DNA of 56,283 bases, filler included, from Platydemus manokwari (GCA_037951405.1; 5 parts of 5 records of this genome joined end to end with filler, not necessarily neighbours in it), one strand, 5' to 3'. Shown: positions 29,711 to 43,321, counted from the whole stretch's first letter. Notes: generated by a model not told the origin, from the letters alone. Numbers and translations: made by a program.

Positions 29711-31486
29711 ACCGTGTAAATATTATTATTATTATTTTTATTCTTTTCAATCAAATTATCCAAAAGCTTGATTAACAGTTTTGATTAAAAAATAAAATAA
29801 AAAACAATGCTTGAATTATCAAGCTTGACAATAAAATTATTACAAATATAATTGCTTGAATGATCAAGCCAAAATTGATACATTTTACTAGAAAATAAAC
29901 GATAAAAAATTGTTATATTATACGCAAAATGCTTGTACAACCAAGCCATGCATAATAAATGTTTTTTAATTAGTCAAATGAGACAATTTTAATCTCGGTT
30001 GGATTGATGGAATTGTTAGTGTTTTATCGAGACTGAATTGATAAACTTTACTGTTGTTTTTGTCTCATCCCCTACATTTCTATATGTTAATAATATTCGA
30101 GAGGATATTAGTGAGATTTTCGAAGTGGTTTTAAAATTCTTCATATTTTTTGATCGAAATAAATTTTGATTTAAATTCTTCTAGCACTTAGGTTATTTCA
30201 TACACTGTATTTAATCTTCTTATATGCAAATTTGCTCTTTAAGTCGTAATCTAAATATTAATACAAATACCTGGTAATATATTTACAGTCTTTAAGTAAT
30301 GCCAATTAAATATAACATCATCGAATATTCCTAAGATTAGATATTGTCAGGGTTGTATTAAAAAAATATCATAAAATTATCTTCTTTTTATTAATTTATA
30401 AATTTTAAAATAATTATTATTATGAATATTAATTTATTTTAAATAATTAAAATATTATTATGAAGACCTATATTTAATTGCATAAAAAAGATGATAAAAT
30501 CGAAGAAGTGTTGGGTACCAATCTATAATAATAATAATGATAATAATTTATTTATATAATTTTTTGCAAGAAATTAATTTAAAAAATGAGTTATCCTTTA
30601 TCAAATTTAAATAGAATATAAATGTAGTAAAAGAATTACAAAAATGGAATTGAAACAAACCGTAACTAAATATAGAAAATATGAAAGCCGAATAATTAAA
30701 ATAGAATTAATAAATCCTAAGATCAGAAAAAATAATGAAAACAGAAATAATGTATAAAGAATGAAATCAGAATTATAACGCCCATTAATTATAATTAATT
30801 TTTGTACGATTATAAAATTCTAATTAATATTTCATGCAAAATTCCCAATGCAAACAGTCACCTTAGTTAAGAATTCATCGTATCTAATTTGGAATTCGTA
30901 TTATCTCATCTGTATTCTAATTAGAATACATTTCGGGTAATTATGAGAAAAAGAACTTGCAGAATTACAACAAAATCTTTTTTGTTAATATTAATGATAT
31001 AGTGTAGTGTCAGTCATTTTCTGTAGTTGAATACTCACACCATTGAAATAAAATTATAAATTTTGAATTTGAAGTATTTTCTGAGATTTCAATCGGGGTC
31101 ATTTCCAACACTTATTTAATAACTAGAATCGAAAATATATTGATCATTCGATATCGGTTATTATAAATTTGTTTCGTGTAATATCTCTTTGATAAATGTG
31201 ACCGAATTTTCATTACAAAATTATTGAGTTATTATATATTGTACAAAATGTCTGCTGACAATTTCAAATTAAAGGCCTAACGTTAGATTTCAAAATTTAA
31301 TAAAGATTGTACCATGTATTAGTTTCGCTGCTTTGTAATCTATAAATTAATTTATGCACTCTAAAAACAATTTTTTAATTTATAAAATTCATTAATTTAA
31401 TTTGAATATTTGTAAATAAAATAATTGATTATTTGTTTAAATATTGCCTTTATGAAATTAAGTTTGTATTTTTATTTATTATTAAT

Positions 31487-32191
31487 ATGAATACCGTAAA
31501 AACTATTTCCCATGTAAATGAAACTGAATTGAAATATGGTATTGTTGATTCAAAGGGATCCTGGCATAATAAATACAAAGATAGTTGTTGGATATTCGTC
31601 GGTGGATTCAGATTTGAATATTCTGAAGGTGATTTAATTTGTGTCTTTTCTCAATATGGTGAAATAGTAAATATAAATATGATTCGTGAGAGATTTACTG
31701 GAAAATCGAAAGGATTTTGTTTTATATGCTATGAAGATCAGAGAAGTACCACTCTAGCCGTGGATAATTTTAATGGTGCAAAACTTGGTGGAAGAACTTT
31801 AAAAGTCGATCATGTTGAGAATTACAAATTGCCTGAATTATATAAAGATGAGAATGATATTTTAAAAAAATTTTTGTATGAAAAAGGTTGCGGTCCCGAG
31901 TTTCATGAAGAAATAATAAAATTTCAAGAAGAATCTGATAAAATTAAAATACAATTAGATTTGGAAGTTGATGCATATGAAGAAAGAAAAAAGGCACGCG
32001 AAGAGCGTTATAATAACTTAAGTGAAAATCAAAAGTACAAAAGAGAACACATGAGTCCAGATGACAATCGTCACAGAACAGGTCATAGAAATCGAAGTCG
32101 TTCAAATGACAGGCATAGAAGACATCATGATCGTAAAGAAAATAATTCCAGAAGTTCCCATAGGAAGCGCAGTCGTAGAAGATCATCATAG
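31487..32191 (+). CDS. RBMX2: RNA-binding motif protein X-linked 2 (Snu17/Ist3, RES complex), intronless, 234 aa
   Basis: The first ATG is at 31487; the ORF-track start at 31433 is a TTG. Family signatures SWHNKYKDSCWIFVGG, EGDLICVFSQYGEIVNIN, TGKSKGFCFICYEDQRST and RTLKVDHV, followed by an R/S/H-rich tail. Several AATAAA motifs lie at ~32208-32240. Confidence 0.95.
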   Translation: MNTVKTISHVNETELKYGIVDSKGSWHNKYKDSCWIFVGGFRFEYSEGDLICVFSQYGEIVNINMIRERFTGKSKGFCFICYEDQRSTTLAVDNFNGAKLGGRTLKVDHVENYKLPELYKDENDILKKFLYEKGCGPEFHEEIIKFQEESDKIKIQLDLEVDAYEERKKAREERYNNLSENQKYKREHMSPDDNRHRTGHRNRSRSNDRHRRHHDRKENNSRSSHRKRSRRRSS

Positions 32192-32719
32192 ATACTGTAT
32201 TGAGTCCAAATAAATGAAAATAAATCTATTTTTAAATAAACTGTTTTTACCTTGTTAATTTGTATTTTAAATGCTTATTTATATTGGTTATAATATTAAA
32301 CATGATCACGATTTTTATAGATTATTAGCATATTAGAGTTTTTGTTTTTTTTATCAGCATTTAACACCTCATTTATTTTGAAATTTAGGAGGTGTATCTT
32401 CAATTGGCTCATTAAATCAATGTGGAGAGTTAAGTTACGAAAAGTGCTCGTTTGGCCTACTTCCGTAATTAATTATTACGCATGAGATTATTTTATATAT
32501 AATTTCGTTGTTTAATTTATTCGGGAATATCAGTTTATATCTAACTTCTTAGGATGTCTAACATGGACAAAGCACAATTTTAAAACCAAGTTCCTGTTGT
32601 TTAATGATATCATTGCTTATCTTTATAAAATAATTTTAAAAATTTGGAATATCTTTTAACTTTCTTCTAATGTTATACAAAGTGTCGGCTAAAGTTAAAA
32701 AATAAGATATACTGCAAAA

Positions 32720-33241
32720 ATTCTATATAGTTTATTTAATTATTTTCTTTAAAAACATTTTGAATTTTTATTTAAGTACTTAAGAACAATTTTAGTTGTT
32801 TGAAATCAAATATTAAATAGACTAGAACTTAAAAATCTCAAATTTGATTATTTGAAAAAATGAAAAAGTAGGTCGAATTGCAATTTATTGAAAATTAGCG
32901 AAGACCCTTTTTTAACATTAGTAGCAAATTGAGAGATATTCTCAATCTTTACAATTATTTTATAAAAATAAGGAATGATATTATTAAAGATTTCTGTAAT
33001 TAACTAACTCGATTTAAAATTATAAAAATTTTAATTTAAAATCTCAATGATCATAAAGAAGTTTTGTAAAAAGAATGGGAGTTGGTTTAAAAACTATGTT
33101 TTGTCACTATTAGACATCTTAAAAATGAGATATTAACTAAAATATACGAATAAATCAAAGATAGCAGTTATAAATAAAATTCAGTTATAAAATTATCTAA
33201 TGCGCAAAAATTCATTATAACGAAATTAGGTTAAAGGACCC
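32720..33241 (+). repeat. Dispersed repeat family, copy 2
   Basis: Diverged match to 18235-18711 in the same orientation, on a different contig. Confidence 0.85.
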
Positions 33242-33952
33242 TTGTTCTTACTTAAGCCAATTTCAGAATTATTTTATATAATTAAAACATATATAATTAA
33301 AAAATTATTATGTTAAGTTAAGAAAAAGCTATTTTTTTTAAAATAGCGCCGGTATTTTCAATAAAGTATATATAATAAATTATTCTAATTTATAACTTTA
33401 ATTCTTTTTTCAATAATTCAAATAATTTAATGTTAATATGTCGGATAATTTAACGAAAAATACTTTTTTCTGAAAAGTAAAATCTTGAAATTATTTAAGG
33501 ATTTTTAGTCTGCTTATAATAAGCAGTATTATATTTTTTATGGAAAAAAACATGTGATTAAGAATTCTGTTTTTTGCTTATGTAACTTGACAACTACATT
33601 ATGAATAATAAATACGATTGCAATTTGCTATAAAGCGAAATTTAAATAATATATAAAGATTGGGTCTGTATTACAACAGTTGTTTAGAAAAAATGTTTCC
33701 ACGTTATATGTCTTCTAAACATTTTACTTCTTTCTAATATTCTACAAATATGTCAGTCATGGTTATGCATTTCACTTTTTTGTTCTTATATTGAAACAAA
33801 AAATTGCATTATTTCAATCTTCATTCCATTATTTTACATTATTTTAAATTTTTATTTTTTTAAATTAATTTAAAAATTTTAAATTAAACGAAAATTATTA
33901 TATTTTGGAGGTTAAATTAAAAAATATTATAAATAATTAAAATTAAAAAATT

Positions 33953-34052
33953 NNNNNNNNNNNNNNNNNNNNNNNNNNNNNNNNNNNNNNNNNNNNTTAA
34001 TTAATTAANNNNNNNNNNNNNNNNNNNNNNNNNNNNNNNNNNNNNNNNNNNN
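33953..34052. other. Artificial assembly linker
   Basis: Same 100-nt structure. Confidence 0.98.
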
Positions 34053-34453
34053 TATTGTTATTTCTTAGCCGAACAATGATTATAATAATAAGGATAATAA
34101 AAACCATTAATAGCCGTGATTGTATTAATAATAATAATTATTATAGCAATATGTAATGATAATATTCTACATGATAGAAATTGGTTACAATATATCTATT
34201 CTTGAATCCCATCTATCAAATTATTCAAAGGGTGATTTTAATATAATTTCAATGACATCAAATGGATTACTTGATATTGAAATAATTAATTGGTTCTATT
34301 ATTAGTTACCACTTTATACGAAATGGTCATGTAATTATGTTGACATACTCTCTCTGTCCTATCATAAACGGAGTCATTCTGCGCAAATCCTTCTAATCCC
34401 TTGATATCACAATGAAAGAATAAAATTAAAATTTGAAATTATTTTAAGCTAAC

Positions 34454-37400
34454 CTGATTAATTGACTTCTCCAGCTTAATATCTTTCTCAAGCATTTGTT
34501 CAAGTAATTTGTGCAATTCCTGTTCCAAAGATTGGGTAACATTAATCACGTTTTGCTCATCAAATATATTTGCTGGTAAGGATTCATTAGATAATGAAGA
34601 CGAATCACGCAATCTACGCAAATCGAAAGTAATCATTCGATTAAAATGAATAAGTTGTTTAAATCGTTCCTCTAGATCTTGCCGTTTCTGAATGAGAATG
34701 TCTTTTTCAACGGTAATTGCCTGAATACTCTCTTTCAAATTCAAAAATTCCATATTCGATTCTTTGATTTGTTGACCAGACTCTAATAATTCAGATTGCA
34801 ATTGATTTCTCAGACATTTCAATTGACCTATTTCATGATTTCTTTCATAGAGCGAATCTTTTAGTTGGGTAATTTCTTCTCTTAGAATGGGTATTAAATT
34901 CATTATATTACTGTTATTGATTGAAACTTGTTTCGTGCCTTCTTCTGTACTATCAATGCAAGTATACGTTGATATCAGTTGTTTAACTTCATGAAACAAA
35001 GTATCACCAGTATAGCAATTCATTATATTATCTAATTCTATAAGAAAACATGAAAGACTATTATCCTGCAGGGTCACAGAGTCAGCTTCTTCTTGATTTT
35101 CTGGATCTTTAACATATTGATTTTCATCTAAATCTTTTACATTTTCCATATTTTCAATTTGCTTTTCATAATCCCATTCCATTTCCCAACCTTCACCAAA
35201 TTCCGATTCATTAATTTGGCTCATTTCATCAGCATATTCTTTCTTTTCATTTAATTTCTTATATTGATTTATTTCATTATTTAATTCATCAATTTGTAGC
35301 TTATATTTCTTATCTATTTGAATCATATCTAATTCTGATTTACCAATTAGTTCTTGATATTCCAGCATTTTAACTTCATGTCTGCTAATTTCATTACCGG
35401 TTTCATTTAGTGCGCGTTCCAGTTGACTGATTCTATGTCTTTCCGAGGATAATTGATAATTAATCTCATTTATAAATTGATCCTTCCTCTTGATTTCTTT
35501 GCGTAACGTATCAGATAATTCATCATATTCAGTCTGGATAGCAGCGTCAGAATAGGAAATTGGTTTCGAAGAATTAAGCAAATATTCTTGAAATATTTCC
35601 TCACAAGTTTCAGTATCAGCATCATTCATTAATATCGTCGGTTGCTGATAGCCGCTGATTTCCACTAATTTTTGAAAATTCAATTTTTTTAATTTGGTTT
35701 GCCTATAATCATTTATAATAAATGTGTAAAAATCAGTCGTTGTTTGTACGTATTCATGACTGAATTTATTAATATTGAATTCTTCACAATTTTCATTTGT
35801 TTGAGAAGAGTTATTAACATATTCAACTCCAGCTAATGTTGCTATGGTGTCATAAGAATTATTAGAATGAGTTTGCATTGATGTGTCTAATAATTCGCTT
35901 TTGTGTGTATTATTGGAATTAAAATCAATTGCTTGTATTGATTTATCAATCATGTGTGTACAACACTGATTTTCTTTATCAAATCTAATCACATTGATTT
36001 CTGCTGATAGGTACTGATTTGTAGGAATCACTTGATTGTCTGAATTTATCACCTGGTCTTCTTTTTCTCTATTAATGCTTAATCTGTTAATTTCTTCTTG
36101 ATATTCATCACAATTATGTTTCAGATTCTTCAATTGTTCTTCTTTTTCTGTTAGCACTTGTATGAGTTGTTCCTTTTCTAATACTACTTTAGCCAATGCT
36201 GCATTTGAATCGGGATTATTTCTGACAACGCCATAATCAGAAGATTCCACAACTTCATCAATTATCTGCATCAATGATCCACTAATGTATCTATTTGTAC
36301 ATGAGGATGATGATGATGTTTCCATGAAGTTGATTTTATTATCTTGTTGATCGAAAGACAATTTTCGTTTCAACTGTCGATTATCGTCGATCAATTCTTC
36401 TATTTGACCTTTATATTTATTGATTTCGTCACGACATTGATTCAAATAACGATTATTTTCCAGCTTTTGTTGATTGAGTTCTTCGCGCAACTGTTCGATT
36501 TCTGATAAATAATCATTATCATCATTAATTGATTCTTCTTTTTCAATGATTTCATTCGCATCTTTACTTTTTATCAACAAACGCTTTCGCAAATTGCAAA
36601 TCTTTTCATCTTTGAGTTTATTCAAAGATTTTAATTCTCTTTTATCTCTCAACAATTCTAAACGTTCCTTCTCAAAAGCCGAATTGTTTCGACGTACCTC
36701 ATCCGACCAACGATCATTTTCTTGTTCCTTTTCGTCTAATTTGAGAATTATTAAATCATATTTTCGTCGTTGATTATTTAATTTCCATTCCATTTTCTTA
36801 CATTTCGTCTCTAAAATCGAATTGCGAACTTTTGTCATGTCGATTTCAGCTTGTAATTCAACGATTTTAGTAGAATATTTGTTATTTATTTCAACCAATT
36901 GATCTTTTTCGTGCAATATCGATTCTTGATTAATATTTAGATCGATACGTTTCAATAAATCGACTATTTTTTCATCTGCTTCCTCTTTTAATTGTCGAAT
37001 TCTGGTATATTCCTGGTGGATTCTATTGCGTTCGATACGCATCTGATTCAATTGTTGGGTTATTCTGTGGATTTTCCGTTGCAAATCTTTTATTTGATTA
37101 AAATTCACTGATTCGCCTTCGATGGAATTAGACGAAATCTGTGATACAGGAGAAAGAGATCGTTCACTTTCACCGGTGAAACTTTTGCCTGTATTCTTAC
37201 AGTTTGATATCCCAGGCGGTAATGATGAACCCCTAGTGTTTCTATCAGATTTTCTCATATTGTCCAGTTCACGCCATAAAATGAAATTATTAACATGAAG
37301 ATTTTCGATAATTCCTTTGAAATTGGCATTTTCTTCTCTATATATAGCTGATTCATCATCGAAATTGATTTGAGTAGAAACATCGATGACACACAAACTC

Positions 37401-40400
37401 GTCTCAGATGCAATATTGGTTTTCAAATCGGTTTCATTGGTATTGATTCCATGAGTTTCTTTCATAACACTATCAGATGATTTCAGATATTTAATTTCAT
37501 CATTTAATTTCAAAACATAAACATGGGATTGTTTTAATTGTTTCTTCAATTTATGAATCATTTGAATGGCTTTATTGAGTTTAATTTCCAATTTCGATTT
37601 GGACATTTCTGATTGTTCCAATTCGATAGCGTAGTCCTTTTCCAATTGATCAATGAGATTTAACAATTGTAAATTGTTTGTTGATCGATTGTCAATTTTA
37701 TTCAACATCGATTCGATGTTAGGTTTCGAAGCTTCCAAACGAGCTTGCATTGAACATACGGCTGAAATGTATTGTTCCATTTGAATGTTGATTTCAGCTA
37801 ATTCTTTTTCTAATGAATTGATTCGATTATCTTTCTCAATACACATCACTTCTAATTCGTTGATCACATCGAAATTATCTTGAATGGAATTTTGCTTTTG
37901 TTTTAATTCATCTGATACAGCTTTGATTGTATCATTCAACTGTTGAATTTCCACATTTTGTGATTCTTCTTTCAATCGAGCTTCCTTGTTTTTATTGGTT
38001 GATTCATTAAATTGTTTCATTAATTCTGTGATTTGATCTTCTTTCTCAGATATCGTTTCTTTCAAAGCATCATTTAAATTACTAATTAATGATAAAGAAT
38101 CACCATCATTGGTTTCAACATTACTATCAGTCAAATTTTCCTTTTCACAAACCATATTTGATGGTGTTGATAATTCTATTTGTAAATCCAATATTTGATT
38201 TCGTAAAGAAGTCAAATTAGTCTCTTGTTCATCTCGAATGATCTGCAATGATTGAACTTGTTGCTTTAATATATCATTGGTCAATTTCAATTTCTCCACT
38301 TCAGCATCACATGCCGATTCTAATTCCATGATGATCTGTTCAAATCTATCACTGATTTCATATTTTCTCTGTTGTTCACATTGTAAATCATCTTCCAATT
38401 TGTCGATTTGTTGTTTCAATTGGTTTACAAAACCAATATAAGATTCCATATGATTAAGCCATTCAATATTGGATGAACTACAAGTTTTCATCATATTTCC
38501 ACAATCACCCATGGAATTTTTCATTTCCAATTCTAATTTCTTTAAATAATTCTCATCAATATCTGTCTGGATATCTTTATTGATCATGTCATTGACTGAT
38601 AATTGATTTATTGATATTTGTTTTAATGTCTTCATATACATATCAAATATATTTTCAAAACTATTATTATTATTAATCTTGTCATCGATAGATTTTAAAT
38701 CCTGAGCGAAATCAATTTGGAATCTGTTCAGTACAAATTGTTGAACATTTCTGTCAGCAATTTCTATTTGATTTGTTGCCATTTCGGATAAAATCTCCTC
38801 ATTTATGAAACAGTTTTGAATGTTTCCGTCCACAGAAATTGATGTTTCACTCAGATTCGGTATTTGAATCTCATCATGATTCATCGATGATTCGTCATCA
38901 TTTTCATTCCATATTTCCGACACGATATATTCACGATTTATAGTTCTACTATTTACTGAACATTCCAAATCCAATGCCGGTTCTCGTTCCTCAACGACCG
39001 GGTTTTCTTCTAATAACGACAGTTTCGAATATTTATCATTTTCCATTTCTAAAGTCTGTACATATTTTCTAAGATCATTTCTCTCCTTCAATAAATATTC
39101 GATCATGTTTTCAATTGATTCAATTTTGAATGAAAATTGTTTTAATTGATTGGTGATAATTCGATTCGATTCAAACAAATCATCATATCGATTATTTGGT
39201 GATATATTGGTAATTAATTCATTGATATTATTGGCAAGTAATAAAATCGATTCTAATAATTGATTGTTTGATGAGATTTCATTGGTCTGAATACTATCGA
39301 TATGATTTTGTAAATATTCGATTCGATTTTTGAAAATATCGATTTGATAAATATAATCATCATTAATAGAAACAAGATCAATGATTTTCTTGTTTAATAT
39401 TTCATTATCATTCATACAAATCGTACATTTATCACACACTCTCTCACCGGTGGCAGCAGTTTGAATCGATAGATGAATCTCTTCAATTTCATTGGTCAAT
39501 TTCTTATTGATTTTTACCAATTCGTTGTTTTCATTTTCCAAATCTAATATGGTGTTTTTATTCTGATGATTCAACGATTTCGATGCATGTAATTGAGAAT
39601 TGATTTGATCGAATTTCGATGAAAATTCCGATGTGATTTCCGATTTGAAATGTCGATAATTTTCCATCAATCGACAATGTTCACTGGAGAGATTGGAATG
39701 TTTCAATGATAAATCTTTCAAATCATTTTGTAAAACTTGGATTTTATCTGCGGATTTCTGTTTATCTTTCTTGACCATTTTTAATTCATCTGTTAAACAT
39801 GTAATTTGAGATTGCAATTGAACATTTTCATTGGTGGAAACATTCAATTTCTCAATCAAATCACTGTTGATACGAATGTCTTCATCGGTGATTTTCTTGT
39901 ACATTTGTTGTTCCTGTTCCAAATATTCCGATAAATCGACGATTTTATTTTTCATTAATTGATTCTGTTCCTGGAGATTGTTGATTGTGATGGAAAATTC
40001 ACGATTTTTCATGGATAATTTTTCACATTGAATATCTTTACATGAACTATTATGATGATGATTGGGACTCGATTTCGATATCAATGAACTGGTAACCTTT
40101 TCATTGCGTTCCAAAAATTCTTCAATGTCACAATTGATTTTATGAACTTTAGCACCGACTTGACTTGATAAATGTTCGATTTGATTACAAAGAGAATTTT
40201 CATCATATTGATCCATATTGGACAGATATGAAGAACCTTGTTTCAGTGTCACTATTGGAAGTGTATTGGTGGATTGGTGGTGATGATATTGAAATAAATT
40301 GCATTGTGTATAAGAATCTACAGTTTCCAGTCTTTCTTTTCTTTGATCATTGGAATCATTTAATGAAACCGATAAAGGTGAAGATCCAATTGATATAATA

Positions 40401-43321
40401 GATTCTTCAATCAATTTATCACTGCTCAATTTCTGTTTCAATTCATCTCTTTCTTTTGTCAACATATTGATTCTTTTATCCGATTGATTTTTCAGTTTAA
40501 TTAATTTTGCTTTTAACATCAAACCCATTTTTTCTGATTCATCCAAAGTATTTTTCACATGATTAAAATCTATCAAAAGTTGATCATATCGTTTATTAAC
40601 CTCATTCAATAACGATTCATTTCTCATATTGTCATCCTTCAATGAACACAAATCTTCTCTAGCAATAACTAATTGATTGTCTAATAATTCCTTTTCCTCC
40701 TTGTATGTTATAATCAATTTATGACAATCTTCAAGTTCCAACAATAATTTCTCCTGATCTGTGTCATTCACATATTTCCCTTGTTTATTCTCATCATCAT
40801 TTTCATTTAATTCATTCCTGACATCATTGTTTTCATTCATTTCTCCAACAATCATCATTTTATCTTTCATATTATTATATTCATTCAATAACTCATTCCT
40901 TTCATTGGTGACGATTTCCAAATCTTTGCTCATCTTCCTTAACTCATCTTTAAAATTACTTTCCCGATCATTCATTTCATCCAAATTTGCTTGTAAATTT
41001 ATCAAATAATCATTTAATTCATCGATTTTTTCATTTTTTCCCTTATTTTCATTGACCATTATTTCCATTGAGAATTGTAAATTGTAATTTGCTTTCAAAA
41101 TATTCTCATTGTTCTCCTTCCAATGAATGATTTCATCTTTCAATTTCATTTCATTTCCACTAATATTGTGAATCATCGATTTCAAATCTTTCATTTGATC
41201 ATTCAATTCCATGATTATCGAATCTTTTTCCTTCTTTTCATTTTCATTCAATATGATTATTGTTGCCATATTTTCCAATTCCTTTGATTTCACATTCCGA
41301 TCTTCAATTAAATTGGATAAATCTTTTTGATAATCAATATCTTTATTATTCATTTCTTCTACAACATTTTTCAAACTCATTAACTGGCAGTTTAACTCAT
41401 TTATTGCCTTATCTTTATCATTCATTTGTTGCTGATAGATCTCTAATCTGTTTTCCATATCATGATTATCTTGTAATAAATTATCATTTCCTATTTTCAA
41501 TTTCATTTCATTTTCATTGCTCTCATGTATTGCCAATTTCAGTTCCAATATTAAATTATTCAATTCATTAATTCGACAAGCGTTTTCCTCTTTTTCTTCC
41601 TCATTGATTATAATCATTTTCTTCATCTTATCCAAATCTATCAACATACTATCTCGATATTTAATCAAATCTGAAATTTCGTCGATAAACCCGATTTCCC
41701 TCTCTTTCATCTCGTTCATTACCACTTCCAAATCCAATAGCCGATCATTTAACTCACCGATTTTAATATCTTTCTCTCTCTTCTCCTTTTCATCAATTTC
41801 TAATATATTTTTGACATCTGTTAATTCCAACAATAGATTATCCCGTTCCGCAACAATATCCTGAAGCTCAACATTAACATTTCTTTCTTGATTGTCCTTT
41901 TCTTGTAAAAGGTTTTCCAAACATATTAATCTAATATTAATATTATAAACGGCATTTTCTAATTGCTTGTGTTCATTTTCTATCATTTCCAAAGTCATTT
42001 TAATATTATTATAACCGTTCAATAAATTTTTATTTTCTTCCTTCCAATGAATAATATCATCTTTCAATTTCATTTCATTCTCGCTCATATTGTAAATCAT
42101 CGATTTCAATTCGATCATTTGATTATTCAATTCATTGATTATCGAATCTTTTTCCTCTACTTCTTTCTCAAATGTTATTCCCACCCCTTTCATCACATGT
42201 AAATCTTGCAATGTATTGTCTCTCTCTTCAGTCACATTCAATAAATCATCTTTGAAATTATTTTCTCTATCTATTTCTTTTCTCAATGATATTAATTGAT
42301 TTGTTATATCTTTTATAATGGAATCTTTTTCTTCTTTCTCTTTTTCAAACAACTCCACATTCAATCTAATTTCTTGATAATCTTTCATTAAATTATCGTT
42401 CTGTTGATGTAAATAAACTAATTCATCTTTCAATTCCATCTCATGATCACTAACATTGTGAAACATTAATTTCATTTCCATCATTTGATCATTTAATTCA
42501 TTTATTAGAGAATTTTTCTCCTCTTTTTCTTTTTCAAATCCTTTCAATACATCATTGAGATTTGATAATGTTTTCATTATATTATCCCGATCTTCTATCA
42601 CGATTGATAATTCATTTTGATAATTAATATCTTTATTATTCTTCTCTTCTAGAATAGTTTTGAGATTTATTATTTCATCATTTATTTTCTTCATTTTGGA
42701 ATCTTTATCCTTGATATCATTTTCATACATTAATATCAATGTTTTCAAATTCTGTAATTCCTTCATTGTATTATCTTTATCTTCAGAAATATATCTCAAA
42801 TGATTTTCACAATCCATCATTTCTTCCAATATATTTTTCAAATCATTTAAATCATTTCTTGTATTATCTTTCTCTATTTTTTCCTTTTCACAAATCTCTA
42901 ATCCACAATTCATATCGCGATTCTCTTCCAAAATATTATTATTATTCTCTTTTAAATGAATTATTTCATTTTTCAATCTTATTTCTCTTTCATTTATATT
43001 ATAAACCATCAATTTCAATTCTGTCATTTGATGAATCAATGTATTTATTAAAGCATCTTTCTCTCCTTTCTCAAAATCATATGCTATTAATATGCTTCTC
43101 ATATCGTCTATTTCTTTCATTAAATTGTTTCGATCTTCTCTTACATTTAATAATTCATTTTTGTTTTTTATTTCTTGATTTTTCTCTTCACCCATTAAAT
43201 TTCTTAAATCTATTATTTCATTGGTCAAATCATTTATTGTATTCTCTTTTTCTTCTTTCTCCTTTTCCATTGCTCTTACAATGCTTTCTGTCATTTCTAA
43301 TTGTTTAATAATATCATCTCT
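34454..43321 (-). CDS. Giant coiled-coil protein, one internal exon of >2950 codons (golgin/giantin- or centrosomal-scaffold-like; identity unresolved)
   Basis: The frame is open from the contig edge at 43321 (RDDIIKQLEMTES...), so the ORF-track Met is probably not the true start. A probable donor CAG|GTTAGC at 34454/34453 precedes the stop at 34439. The protein is E/K/N/L/I-rich with a heptad pattern. A small downstream exon may lie at ~34400-34350. Confidence 0.85.
40800..43294 (-). repeat. Coding tandem repeat, ~63 aa (189 nt) unit in alternating subtypes, roughly 12-13 degenerate copies
   Basis: EKxEKD..I.ELN.Q..ELK recurs. I counted a spacing of exactly 63 aa for the first two units; some later units are 7-14 aa shorter. 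Confidence 0.8.

Noticed and set aside
24048-31400. Short 60-70 aa ORFs, and CCAAT-rich sequence at 26400-26530
   Set aside because: The I/F/K/N-rich ORFs are expected by chance in AT-rich DNA; no splice-compatible gene or defined element was found.
36546-43308. Plus-strand F/S/L-rich ORFs overlapping the giant ORF
   Set aside because: Antisense shadows of an E/K/N-rich coding strand.
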